This document shows, in pieces, positions 21,380-31,206 of a stretch of DNA of 64,000 bases. A program made the position numbers and the translations under genes. Source of the stretch: an uncultured Spirochaetota bacterium. Lineage in GTDB: Bacteria > Spirochaetota > Brevinematia > Brevinematales > JAOACQ01. Position 1 is the stretch's first letter, and each line of letters opens with the position of its first letter. The DNA lies in assembly GCA_963783575.1 (NCBI GenBank), contig CAWAOD010000005.1:586189-650188 (forward strand), in the 5' to 3' direction. The notes below the pieces were generated by a model. It was given only the letters and a program-made list of their open reading frames with translations, searched no databases and was not told the origin of the DNA.

Positions 21380-21493
21380 TGACACGAATATGACTGATTA
21401 ATAAAATTATTATGATAATAATTATTCCTTATTTTATTTGATTTGATTTTTTAGAAGAATCTTATTAATATAAAAATTGACGGAGGCGGGTTT

Positions 21494-22429
21494 ATGAAAA
21501 ATATTATTATTCCATCTATTATAATAATTGTCATGAGTTTTGCCGGATGCGGCGTTAAACCTGAAGAATACGCCTTGGCAACCAATGATATCCGGATTCT
21601 GGAAGGCAAAAATCAGAATCTTGAATCCGATTACAGCAATAAAATTATGGAATTTGATAATTTAAGCAATGCTTATGCTTTTCTGTCAAATAATCCGCCG
21701 TATATAACTGATATAATTATCTCCAATACTATCCAGACTGATTTTGCGACCAATGTGGAAATCTCAAATATTTATTTCACCAATATAGAAGTGTTGACCA
21801 ACACTGCTATTGAAACCAATAACGACGAACTTAATAAAACAATTGCCGGATTAATGGTTGAAAATTCATCAATATCAAATGAACTGGAACTCCTAAAGAT
21901 CAAATATAGCAATGATACCAAAACATTAGAAGAAAAATCGGACCGTACTGAAAAAATTTATCAGGATCTTAAAGCTTCCTTCAAAAGGGATATTGATGCA
22001 GGAAACTTGAAAATAAGTAAAATTTATAATCTGATCTGTTTTTCAATTCAGGAAGAGGTGTTCTTTGATTCAGGTAAGGCTGCCGTTAAATCGAATGGCC
22101 GTGTATTCCTGAAAAAACTGGGTAAAATTTTATATAAAATGAATGATAAATTCTTTTTTGTCGAAGGACATACGGATAATGTTCCGATCGGCGACGCGGC
22201 TTTTACATCAAACTGGGATCTTGGTGCGGCTAGGGCAATCAGCGTTGTCCAATATCTTCAGGAAATTACCGGCATTCCTGGTAGCCGGCTTGCTGTCGTG
22301 AGTTATTCAAAATACAGGCCGTTAGCATCTAATATCACTGAATCCGGAAAAGCTAAAAACCGACGTATTCAGATAAGTATCGTTGATAAAACGGAATATG
22401 ACATGACAAGGATGGACCATTCAGAGTAA
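21494..22429 (+). CDS. OmpA/MotB C-terminal domain lipoprotein with Thr/Ser-Asn-rich stalk
   Basis: Lipobox FAGC; VEGHTDN, NWDLGAARA, NRRI. Confidence 0.9.
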   Translation: MKNIIIPSIIIIVMSFAGCGVKPEEYALATNDIRILEGKNQNLESDYSNKIMEFDNLSNAYAFLSNNPPYITDIIISNTIQTDFATNVEISNIYFTNIEVLTNTAIETNNDELNKTIAGLMVENSSISNELELLKIKYSNDTKTLEEKSDRTEKIYQDLKASFKRDIDAGNLKISKIYNLICFSIQEEVFFDSGKAAVKSNGRVFLKKLGKILYKMNDKFFFVEGHTDNVPIGDAAFTSNWDLGAARAISVVQYLQEITGIPGSRLAVVSYSKYRPLASNITESGKAKNRRIQISIVDKTEYDMTRMDHSE

Positions 22430-22991
22430 TTATCCATTTGCCGGAAGATAATGGTATGATCCTTATAATTGCGCTTCCGCCGGGAACAAATAACTGGTCA
22501 TCCAATGGGAATTGACATCGAAAAACCGGCTGCCAGGATATCGAATGCGTGGTATAATAACTTCAATTCCAGGAATGAGTCTTCATTATTTATATTTATA
22601 TTGCTGATATCGAAATTGTCAATATTATTTGCTCTATTATGCTTCGTTTATCACAATTTTTGTTGTTGATACAAGATCATTCCCATTCTTTAATGAGATC
22701 ATCTGACTTTTACCGGCTTCTACGCAGGTATTTTCAATTCTACGGTACTGTCCGATTTACCGGTAAAGTCCCGTTCAAATATACATCCGTTCCACTATCC
22801 ATAGTTTCGAGAAACCCTCCATTTGAAAATATTATAGATTTATTTTTGAAATTAACCAAATATTTTATTTGCTTTTGATAAAAATTTATTCCCATTCATT
22901 TGCAAAGAGACTAGATTTCTAACCAATTATTTATAATTTCTTAATAATAAAATTTTATAATTACGGAAATTATTTGGGGTAATATGGAATA

Positions 22992-23276
22992 ATGGACTAT
23001 AGAAAGTATAAAAGAGAAGAATTTAATATCTCAGTTAGTGTGATTATTAACAATAAAAAAATTGATAGCACATCTGTGAATATATCTGCAGGTGGCGCTC
23101 TTTTAAGGATAGAAAATAAGGATGCACAGATAATAACCGGGGATGATGTCGGAAAACAGGCCGAATTTGATTTTAATAGTTTATCCACAAGCGGCAAGAT
23201 TTCAGGTAAAATTATAAGGTTATATGAAAATTTGAATGAAATATTAATTGCAGTAATATTTTTGAGAATTTATTAA
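22992..23276 (+). CDS. PilZ domain protein
   Basis: RKYKR (RxxxR) and NISAGG (D/NxSxxG). Confidence 0.8.
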   Translation: MDYRKYKREEFNISVSVIINNKKIDSTSVNISAGGALLRIENKDAQIITGDDVGKQAEFDFNSLSTSGKISGKIIRLYENLNEILIAVIFLRIY

Positions 23277-23393
23277 AAGTGATTAACGATAAGAGCTCTC
23301 AATTTGTTGAAATAATTTCTGTTTTTTTTAAGATGTCTGAAGTGATTTCTTTCCTGTTTTTTCATATTAAGTTATTATTTCGGAGAATTTCTA

Positions 23394-23723
23394 ATGGAAA
23401 TAAATGCCCGGAAAAAAGATGCCATGCTCATCTTTGATTTGATAGGAGAACTGGACCTATATTGTTCTGAAGATGTAAAAGAGATGATAAGAAAACATAT
23501 TGATGCCGGCGAGATTCATATTCTTTTAAATCTGAAAGACCTCACTTATCTGGATAGTTCTGGATTGGGGGCATTGATATGGAACCTTCAATATGTAAGA
23601 AAGAAAAATGGTTTTATCCGTCTGTGCAATCTCAATGGAAGCCCTAAGCATATACTGGAACTTTCAAATGCGATCAGGCTTTTTTCCGTATTTAATAATG
23701 AGGAAGAAGCAATGATTATATGA
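23394..23723 (+). CDS. STAS-domain anti-sigma factor antagonist (RsbV/SpoIIAA-like)
   Basis: GELD, YLDSSGLG with phosphorylatable Ser. Confidence 0.9.
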   Translation: MEINARKKDAMLIFDLIGELDLYCSEDVKEMIRKHIDAGEIHILLNLKDLTYLDSSGLGALIWNLQYVRKKNGFIRLCNLNGSPKHILELSNAIRLFSVFNNEEEAMII

Positions 23724-23754
23724 TTAATTTATTTGTAACCGGAAGGGGAATAAA

Positions 23755-24288
23755 ATGTATATTATTAAAAAACTTGTAGTCGATGAGTTTAATGATATTT
23801 TTCAGACTGATGAGATGGAATACATTGTATTCAACTCTAATTATAATAAAATCAGGGAATATACAAATTTGATTATAGACAAAGCTCCTGTTAAATTTAA
23901 GGAAGGAAATCTCCTTTCACAACAATTCTCTGAAATAATTAAAAACGCGATGAAGCATGGAAATCTGCTGGATGAGAATAAAAAAGTCCATGTCTGGTAT
24001 TCATTCCACAAAAAAGCAAAGTTTATTGTTGAGGATGAAGGGGAGGGCTTTAGTAACCTTGATGAATGGAATAAATATTATTATCAAAGGCAAACAGCCT
24101 TATATGAAGAAAAATTTGAACATTTCCTGGAGCTGGCTTCTTACCATGGACCTAAAAGCGATTCTAATGACGGCGGTAACTCTTTAATTGCGGCTCTCGA
24201 ATATTGGAACGGCGGAATGATTTATAATAAAAAAAAGAATAAGGTTGGCGTTGTACGCTGGTACAGCGGTGGTTCAGCATTAAATTAA
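23755..24288 (+). CDS. RsbW-like anti-sigma factor / HATPase protein
   Basis: EIIKNAMKHGN N-box, VEDEGEGF G1 box; atypical G2 (DGGNSL). Confidence 0.75.
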   Translation: MYIIKKLVVDEFNDIFQTDEMEYIVFNSNYNKIREYTNLIIDKAPVKFKEGNLLSQQFSEIIKNAMKHGNLLDENKKVHVWYSFHKKAKFIVEDEGEGFSNLDEWNKYYYQRQTALYEEKFEHFLELASYHGPKSDSNDGGNSLIAALEYWNGGMIYNKKKNKVGVVRWYSGGSALN

Positions 24289-24302
24289 GAAAGGAGTTAA
24301 AA

Positions 24303-25634
24303 ATGGCTATAGTAAAACATCCGGCATATTTGTCAAAATATTTGCATACCGAAAAGAATATAAATGAAAACACTGCAAAACTGCCTGAGGCCTTAAAAGA
24401 ATCTTTGATATTTCAAGTTGCGCCTGTTAAAGAGAGGGGAGAGATGATTTCAAAACTTATAACAAGTACTTCCTGTGTTTATGAGAATGCTTTTGTTAAT
24501 GAAGTTGCCGACGCAATTAGTCATGATGAAGAGATTTTTGCTGTGGCAGTTGTTGACAGTACACTTCATCCTAAGGGAATCATACTCCGGAAAGATCTTT
24601 TTGATATTCTGGGGAAACCCTACTGCAGGGATGCTTACCATCGTAAACATATCAATAAACTCATGAAAAAGGCTGAGATTTTTCAGGATAATAACAGTAT
24701 TTTTACTGTTATCGATCATGTAAGCTCAGAACTTCAAAAACCTTCAAATACCTTTTATCTTGTTGTTGATTCGACAGGAAAGATACAGGGAATAGTTTCA
24801 ACCCGCAGAATCCTTGGTTATCTTTCAGATATAACACAGAGGGATATTCATCTTGCCAAGAAAGTTCAGACAAGTATCGTTAAGGAACAGACCCACATCA
24901 ATCGGGATTGTTTTGAATTATTAGCTGTTTCACGTATGGCAAAAGAAGTTGGGGGTGATTTTTATTACATACGGGAATATAAACCCGGCAGATGGATTAT
25001 AGCAATATGCGATGTCAGCGGCAAGGGAATCTCTGCTTCTCTTATTACAACAGCCCTGAGTGGCATATTCAGCACTTTTGATTTTAACCGAGGTATTAAA
25101 TCTTTTGTTAATAATGTCAACCAATTTTTCATTGAGACATTTTATATGGAAAAATATGCCACGGCTGTGATAATGGAATTATATGAAGAAACCGGAGAAC
25201 TTCTGCTGTGTGATATGGGGCATAAACAGGTCTTTATTGAAAGAAATGGACAGATTATTAGACTTCATACGAATGATATCAATTTGCCCATAGGAATTAT
25301 TCCGGAACAGGATGTGGTGTTCAACCGCCTTCATCTAAAAAAAGATGAGACGATTATGCTTATGACTGACGGCCTTTGCGAACAGAGAAACACTTCGGGA
25401 AAAGAATATCAGATAAACCGATTTGCAAATATAACTAAAAAAGAAAGCAAAAACGGTCTATCAGCCATCAGGGACATGATCCTGTATGACTTAAATCATT
25501 TCAAGGGAGATCGATCACAGGGGGATGATATTACTTTATTGATGATTCGTTATAAAGGTATTATAAAAGCCGATGAAATAATTCCTTCATTCAGAATATA
25601 TCATGAACATGCAATTGAAAATGCGATTATTTAA
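24303..25634 (+). CDS. SpoIIE/RsbU PP2C phosphatase with N-terminal CBS-like pair
   Basis: GGDFY, DVSGKG, MTDG, DDIT; N-terminal AVAVVD...PKGII and YLVVD..GKIQGIVS CBS patterns. Confidence 0.9.
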   Translation: MAIVKHPAYLSKYLHTEKNINENTAKLPEALKESLIFQVAPVKERGEMISKLITSTSCVYENAFVNEVADAISHDEEIFAVAVVDSTLHPKGIILRKDLFDILGKPYCRDAYHRKHINKLMKKAEIFQDNNSIFTVIDHVSSELQKPSNTFYLVVDSTGKIQGIVSTRRILGYLSDITQRDIHLAKKVQTSIVKEQTHINRDCFELLAVSRMAKEVGGDFYYIREYKPGRWIIAICDVSGKGISASLITTALSGIFSTFDFNRGIKSFVNNVNQFFIETFYMEKYATAVIMELYEETGELLLCDMGHKQVFIERNGQIIRLHTNDINLPIGIIPEQDVVFNRLHLKKDETIMLMTDGLCEQRNTSGKEYQINRFANITKKESKNGLSAIRDMILYDLNHFKGDRSQGDDITLLMIRYKGIIKADEIIPSFRIYHEHAIENAII

Positions 25635-25768
25635 ATTGAAATTTAGTCTTTGATTAATAAAAATTTGCATTTGTCTGATAGTTTTCTTATAATTTATTAA
25701 TGTTAACTGGCTGTGCAGTTTGACCGGCTCATAAAAATTATTTTAAAAAACTACCGGGGCATATTATT

Positions 25769-27094
25769 ATTAATATTAATAACAATAAAATCTTTGTTTT
25801 GGATACGAATGTTGTTCTTTACGACTACCGCGCCATTTATTCTTTTCAGGAACATAATGTTATCATACCGATTACTTTGCTTGAAGAAATTGATAATTTT
25901 AAAAGAGGTAATGAGATCATAAACTTTAATGCCAGGGAATTTTCAAGGGAACTGGACTGTTTAATGGGAAACAGGCTCTTAAACGAGGGGATTATTCTTG
26001 ATGACGGAGGAGTCATCATCGTAATGACAAACACTCAGGTTGATCCATATTTAAAAGAAATATTCTGGGAAGATAAGCCCGACCATCGCATCCTTTCCGT
26101 GGCTTTTAAACTGGCAAATGAGTATGGCAGGGAAAGGGTTATTCTTGTTTCAAAAGACATTAATCTAAGGATGAAGGCAAAAAGTGTGGGAATCTTCGCC
26201 GAAGATTATGAAACTGGAAAAATTAAAAATATTGATGACCTTTATACAGGTAAAAATTTAATTGAAAATGTTGAAAGCGCAAAAATTGACATAATCTATA
26301 GGCAGGGTTCGATTAACCTGGAAGATTCGAATATAAATATCAATCCCTATCCAAATGAATACTTTATACTCAGGAATGGAAATAAAAGCGTCCTGACCTG
26401 CTTTCAAAAAGACAGAAATGTATTAAAACTTGTCGAGAAAAAGAAGGCGTTCGGAATACAGCCGCGCAACGCCGAGCAGGTTTTTTCCCTGGATGCTTTA
26501 ACTAATCATAATATCAGCCTAGTCACTCTGTCCGGAAAGGCCGGAACCGGTAAAACATTGATGGCTCTCGCCGCAGCGCTGGAAAAAAACAGGGACTATG
26601 CCCAGATTTTGCTTGCAAGGCCGATTATCCCACTGTCAAACAGGGACATCGGGTATCTTCCCGGCGATATAATAAGCAAGATAGACCCATATATGCAGCC
26701 GCTTTATGACAATCTTTCGGTAATAAGGCATCAGTATGATGAAAGCTCTCCCGAATCAAAAAAAATAACCGATATGCTCGGCTCTGAAAAACTTTTAATT
26801 ATGGCGCTTGCCTTTATAAGGGGAAGAAGCCTGTCAAAGGTTTATTTTATTATAGACGAAGCGCAAAACCTAACTCCCCATGAGGTAAAAACAATCATCA
26901 CAAGGGCCGGGGAGGGGACAAAAGTTGTCTTTACAGGCGACCCTTATCAAATCGATACGCCGTATCTTGATTCCAGAAGCAACGGATTGACATATCTTAT
27001 TGACAAAATGAAGGGACAGGATGTTTACGCGCATATAACCCTGGAAAAAGGCGAGCGTTCATACCTGGCCGAATTGGCTTCCGATCTTCTTTAA
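25769..27094 (+). CDS. PIN-PhoH (PhoH2/YlaK-like) protein; start uncertain
   Basis: KIFVLDTNV PIN start, GKAGTGKT Walker A, IRGRSL, DEAQN, GDPYQID, ERS. Confidence 0.92.
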   Translation: MNINNNKIFVLDTNVVLYDYRAIYSFQEHNVIIPITLLEEIDNFKRGNEIINFNAREFSRELDCLMGNRLLNEGIILDDGGVIIVMTNTQVDPYLKEIFWEDKPDHRILSVAFKLANEYGRERVILVSKDINLRMKAKSVGIFAEDYETGKIKNIDDLYTGKNLIENVESAKIDIIYRQGSINLEDSNININPYPNEYFILRNGNKSVLTCFQKDRNVLKLVEKKKAFGIQPRNAEQVFSLDALTNHNISLVTLSGKAGTGKTLMALAAALEKNRDYAQILLARPIIPLSNRDIGYLPGDIISKIDPYMQPLYDNLSVIRHQYDESSPESKKITDMLGSEKLLIMALAFIRGRSLSKVYFIIDEAQNLTPHEVKTIITRAGEGTKVVFTGDPYQIDTPYLDSRSNGLTYLIDKMKGQDVYAHITLEKGERSYLAELASDLL

Positions 27095-27119
27095 GAGAAT
27101 TCTGTTAAAAAAATCAAAA

Positions 27120-27163
27120 TTAATTGAAAATTAACTTAAAATTCAGTGTTTTTTAATCATTTA
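27120..27163 (+). promoter_or_regulatory. Four 11-bp-spaced TT(A/C)A repeats, possible Pho-box-like site
   Basis: TTAATTGAAAA/TTAACTTAAAA/TTCAGTGTTTT/TTAATCATTTA just upstream of a phosphatase gene; AT-rich so chance is possible. Confidence 0.35.
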
Positions 27164-27189
27164 GCGTCATACTTAAAATGGAGGATTAT

Positions 27190-28845
27190 ATGATGTTAAA
27201 AAAGAGATATCTTTATACACTTTTGGTATTATTTTTTGCAGTTTCTACCGGTATTTTGTTCGCGGATTTTGATGGAAAACAAATAAATGCGGATTTAAAT
27301 GCGACCGAAAAGCCAGATCATATTCTATTAACCTGGTCCGGCAACCCGATGACAACCCAGACAATTTCATGGCGCAGCAGTATTAGGGTAGAAAACGGCC
27401 TGATAAAATTCAGAGAAGCCGATAATTCAAACGCAGTTTATAAAACAATCGGCGCTTCTGTTAAAAAGTTTACTGCAGTTTACGGTGACAGCACCGGAAG
27501 TTTTAATCTCTTTTCAGTAACATTGACAGGCCTAAAACCCGGTACACAATATGAGTATATAGCCGTTTCCGGAAATATTGAAAGCCCTTTATTGCATTTT
27601 ACAACAGAGCCTGAAAATACTGATTCTTTTAAATTTCTTATATTTGGGGATAGTCAGAGCGGCGAAGCGGATAATCCGAATTATGCCCCATGGCATGAGA
27701 CAATTACAAAAGCATATGCAAGAAATCCGGACGCCAGGTTTTTAATTAATATGGGGGATCTTGTTGAAGTCGGGCAGGATTATATCCACTGGAATAACTG
27801 GTTTGATGCTGCGAAAGATGTTATAGAAAATATTCCCGAAATGACTGTTGAGGGAAACCATGAAACCTATTTGGTCTCTCCGGCTAATGACTCATCAAAA
27901 CCTATCTATTTTACCGAGCAGTTTCCTGTTTTCCAGGATGGCCCCGATGGGCTGAAAGGCCAGGTTTATTCCTATGACTATGAAAATGCTCATATTATCG
28001 TTCTCGACAGCCAGGAAGATGAAGAATCCCCTAAATACGGCGACATTCTTAGTAACCAGGCTGAATGGCTCGATAATGACCTGTCTTCTGCAAAGGCCGA
28101 CTGGAAACTGGTATTTTTCCATAAAACTCCTTATTATAATAAAGGCGCAAGGGCGAATGAAGTGGTAAAAGCAATATTTTGCCCTGTAATTGAAAAATAC
28201 CATGTTGATATTGTGTTCAATGGGCATGATCATACACTTTCAAGGACATTTCCTATAAAAAATAATAAGTTTTATTCCAGCCCTAAAGACGGAACGGTTT
28301 ATTATGTTACTGGAAGAAGCGGTGCGAAGTATTACAGTGATCTGACGCAAAAGATCTGGGATGCATATTTCTATGACCCGCAGGATCAACCCTGTTATGA
28401 GTTTGTTTCCGTACAAAAAAACGTATTAACGATTAAAGCTTTTAAACAGGATGGAACATTGATCGATTCTTATACAATTGATAAACAGAATGACTCTAAC
28501 AGTTCCCTAACACCCGCGCCTTTCCGGTTTAATATAGTCCGGGCGGCGGTTTACGGGAATTTTCTTATCGGGCAGTCCATTAACAGCCCATCCATTACTA
28601 AAAATACAAACGGTGAATGGTATATTGATGTTTCTCCTTTTATGAACTATATTGGCGGTTCTATAGCGGTCAGTAATAATAAGGAATACTTAATACTCAA
28701 GGATAAAACGCTGGAAGTACCTGCGGATAAAGTACAGGTCAATAGTAAGAAAATAACCCTTGTTTCTGCAGGGGCGTTAAAATCTCTTCTTGGTTTTAAC
28801 TTCAGTTATAATGAATTCCTTAATGTTATTGAATTTGTTAAATAA
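27190..28845 (+). CDS. Secreted purple acid phosphatase-like metallophosphoesterase with N-terminal FN3-like domain
   Basis: Signal peptide; GLKPGTQYEY; FGDSQ, GDLV, GNHE, FFH, GHDH. Confidence 0.9.
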   Translation: MMLKKRYLYTLLVLFFAVSTGILFADFDGKQINADLNATEKPDHILLTWSGNPMTTQTISWRSSIRVENGLIKFREADNSNAVYKTIGASVKKFTAVYGDSTGSFNLFSVTLTGLKPGTQYEYIAVSGNIESPLLHFTTEPENTDSFKFLIFGDSQSGEADNPNYAPWHETITKAYARNPDARFLINMGDLVEVGQDYIHWNNWFDAAKDVIENIPEMTVEGNHETYLVSPANDSSKPIYFTEQFPVFQDGPDGLKGQVYSYDYENAHIIVLDSQEDEESPKYGDILSNQAEWLDNDLSSAKADWKLVFFHKTPYYNKGARANEVVKAIFCPVIEKYHVDIVFNGHDHTLSRTFPIKNNKFYSSPKDGTVYYVTGRSGAKYYSDLTQKIWDAYFYDPQDQPCYEFVSVQKNVLTIKAFKQDGTLIDSYTIDKQNDSNSSLTPAPFRFNIVRAAVYGNFLIGQSINSPSITKNTNGEWYIDVSPFMNYIGGSIAVSNNKEYLILKDKTLEVPADKVQVNSKKITLVSAGALKSLLGFNFSYNEFLNVIEFVK

Positions 28846-28886
28846 AATTGAGAATATTTTTATATAAACGAAAGCCTCTTGACTAA

Positions 28887-28947
28887 AAGGATTAATAAAT
28901 CCAAGGATTAATAAATCCAAGGATTAATAATCCAAGGATTTATAAAT
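28887..28947. repeat. Tandem repeat, 16-bp unit AAGGATTAATAAATCC, about 3.8 copies
   Basis: Two perfect units, one 15-bp unit and a partial fourth overlapping the stop of the convergent kinase. Confidence 0.9.
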
Positions 28948-29845
28948 TAAATTCCAGGATAACTTTTGTTCCGTTGTCACGTTCAATGCAAACAGATCCA
29001 TCGATCTGTATCATCAACATTTTTACAAGTGAAAGTCCAAAACCGCTTGATTTTTCAAATTCTATGGATTCTGGAATACTGATTCCGTTATCTTGAACAG
29101 AAAATACTGCAGTTTTACCGTTTAATGCAGCAGAAACTATTATTATTCCCACATTTCCAATCGTAAACGCATATTTCATAGCATTTGTAATAAGCTCATT
29201 AATGATTATACCGATCGGATACATTTTTCCAATATCAAGAACAAAATCATCTATCTTTTTAACAACTTCTATATGATCTTTATTTGGGAAAATAGAGAAA
29301 ATCTCATCAATCAGAGGTATTAGATAATCTTTGACTGATAAATTACTAATATCCTTTGACCTGTACAGCCTGTCATAGAGATGAGTCATAGTCTGAATTC
29401 GTCCTGCGGCATCATTTATCACTCCTGCCGTAAAAGGATCATTTATGTTTCTGGCTTGCAATCTTAAAAGAGAGTAAACAGTGTTCAAATTGTTCTTGAC
29501 ACGATGATGAACCTCTTTAATTAATATTTCCTTTTCCTGAAGAAGAATTTTTATATTTTTGTTTGCGCTGATGAGCATGATATTTTCATCAATTATCATG
29601 TTAATGTAATATTCACGGCGTTTCATTATAATAAATGTTATTACAACTGAAAGAAAAGAGGTAACACAAATAGTCATAATATGAGATTGCCACTTTGTAA
29701 AATAAGAAAACTGATACTCCTTAAGTAATTCATAGAAGAACATAACTGTCGCTGTTAAAAGAGCAGATAATGCAGGAATACGGAAATTATCGGCAAAGGC
29801 TGCTTTTCTGACTTTGATCATAGAAATTCTTTTAACTTTAATCAT
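28940..29845 (-). CDS. Membrane sensor histidine kinase, HisKA_2 type
   Basis: EVHHRVKNNL H-box, NELITNAMKYAF, DNG, GFGL; two N-terminal TM helices. Confidence 0.9.
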   Translation of the reverse strand: MIKVKRISMIKVRKAAFADNFRIPALSALLTATVMFFYELLKEYQFSYFTKWQSHIMTICVTSFLSVVITFIIMKRREYYINMIIDENIMLISANKNIKILLQEKEILIKEVHHRVKNNLNTVYSLLRLQARNINDPFTAGVINDAAGRIQTMTHLYDRLYRSKDISNLSVKDYLIPLIDEIFSIFPNKDHIEVVKKIDDFVLDIGKMYPIGIIINELITNAMKYAFTIGNVGIIIVSAALNGKTAVFSVQDNGISIPESIEFEKSSGFGLSLVKMLMIQIDGSVCIERDNGTKVILEFNL

Positions 29846-30115
29846 ATCATACTCTTAATATCCTGGTAAATTATAAATCTATTTTTACAAACCGCCTTAA
29901 AATGATGATAAGTATACCAATTAAATAAATCTTTATCAACTTAAACAATAGTTTTCATCTAATAATAAAATGATCTTCCAATAGTTAAGCGCACTGTATC
30001 AAATTAATAATAAAAGATGACTTGAGTTTGGAAATCCAGCACAAACGATTAATGAACAAAATTCAGGTTGTTTAATTTCTGTATTTTGTTGATAAGGATA
30101 GATGGAATATGTAGT

Positions 30116-31003
30116 TTAATTTGTAGATACAACTACAGAATAATTTGAAATAACTGTAATTCCGGCGCCGATAGCGACTTCAGTACCAAGCTCAACAGTA
30201 CATACATAATCAGAGGGATTCAGTACTCCCTTATTAGTAAGATACGACAGAAAAGGCGTGATATCGAAAGCTGCCGCGTTAAAAATCTGAGTACCGGACC
30301 CCGCGCTGAATGCGGCGTAAATCCAATAGTGGGGCGATCCCCCCTGGTTTGTAGCATAATAATAATTAAAGTTGTAACCGTTGGCGCTCAGTGAACCGGT
30401 AGGACTAATCCCGTCGGGGATAGCGTTAGCACTTGCGAGCCATATCATGACTTCACATTTGATATCCGTAGATGTGAATGCCGCCGGGTTGCTGTTATTG
30501 GATATTATCCAGATGTCGTATGCAAGGTCGTAAGTGTTTCCTCCGAAAGCCTGTGAAGTTGTCTGGCTGATATTAAATGAGGAAGTCAACTGATGGCCGG
30601 CAATTATGAAGGGAAAGTCCATCGGGTGGTTTGTTAAGGGTGCCCAGGGACTATCTCCGCAGAAAACTTCAGGATATGCGAGTACTGTATACTGATTGTT
30701 ATTATTCCAGGACCACTGCCAGCCGAAGAAACCGGTTCCGTTGGTGCTGCCGTAAAAGATGGTTTCACTGAATGGCGTCTTGGCGTACTGAACATTCCAT
30801 TCGTTATTATTTACCTGATATCGGCTGTTAATGATTATTTGATCGTTATTATTGGTTTTGAAAGCGGTAACTCCGGCTGGCAGGCCTCCGGAAGTCGAAT
30901 TGGTTCCTCCACCTCCTGAACCTGGTTGAACCGTGGAACAGGCGTATAAAATAAAAAAGGATATTATTATAATATACAATAAAAGAGGGTGTATTCTTTT
31001 CAT
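30116..31003 (-). CDS. GH12-like glycoside hydrolase lipoprotein
   Basis: Lipobox LYAC; NNEW, AYPE, DLAYDIW, EVMIW (nucleophile), GTE (acid/base). Confidence 0.8.
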   Translation of the reverse strand: MKRIHPLLLYIIIISFFILYACSTVQPGSGGGGTNSTSGGLPAGVTAFKTNNNDQIIINSRYQVNNNEWNVQYAKTPFSETIFYGSTNGTGFFGWQWSWNNNNQYTVLAYPEVFCGDSPWAPLTNHPMDFPFIIAGHQLTSSFNISQTTSQAFGGNTYDLAYDIWIISNNSNPAAFTSTDIKCEVMIWLASANAIPDGISPTGSLSANGYNFNYYYATNQGGSPHYWIYAAFSAGSGTQIFNAAAFDITPFLSYLTNKGVLNPSDYVCTVELGTEVAIGAGITVISNYSVVVSTN

Positions 31004-31133
31004 ATTCAGGCTCCTTCCGGATTTGTTCAGGGTTTGAGGATGTTCGAACCAGAAAAATTATACAGAAGAATTCATAATAATTCAATAAACATATTTAAAA
31101 TTTTATGCATTTTTTAATATGCAATTCGGTATC

Positions 31134-31163
31134 TTGACTTTATGACGGGTATGGTTATATAAT
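31134..31163 (+). promoter_or_regulatory. Sigma70-type promoter for the amr operon
   Basis: TTGACT-N18-TATAAT. Confidence 0.6.
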
Positions 31164-31206
31164 AAAAAAAGATCCTCAAGGAGTCATTAATGACAGAGGA
31201 AATGGT

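Noticed and set aside
18852..22429. Flagellar stator motB genes
   Set aside because: Lipoprotein signals instead of the Asp-bearing TM helix, and no motA.
22469..22878. Short + strand ORFs and a possible PEGA-like remnant on the minus strand (DVYLNGT..GKS)
   Set aside because: No RBS or convincing motifs for the + ORFs; the minus-strand trace is too degraded to call.
28887..28947. CRISPR array
   Set aside because: Units are 16 bp with no spacers, and there are no cas genes.
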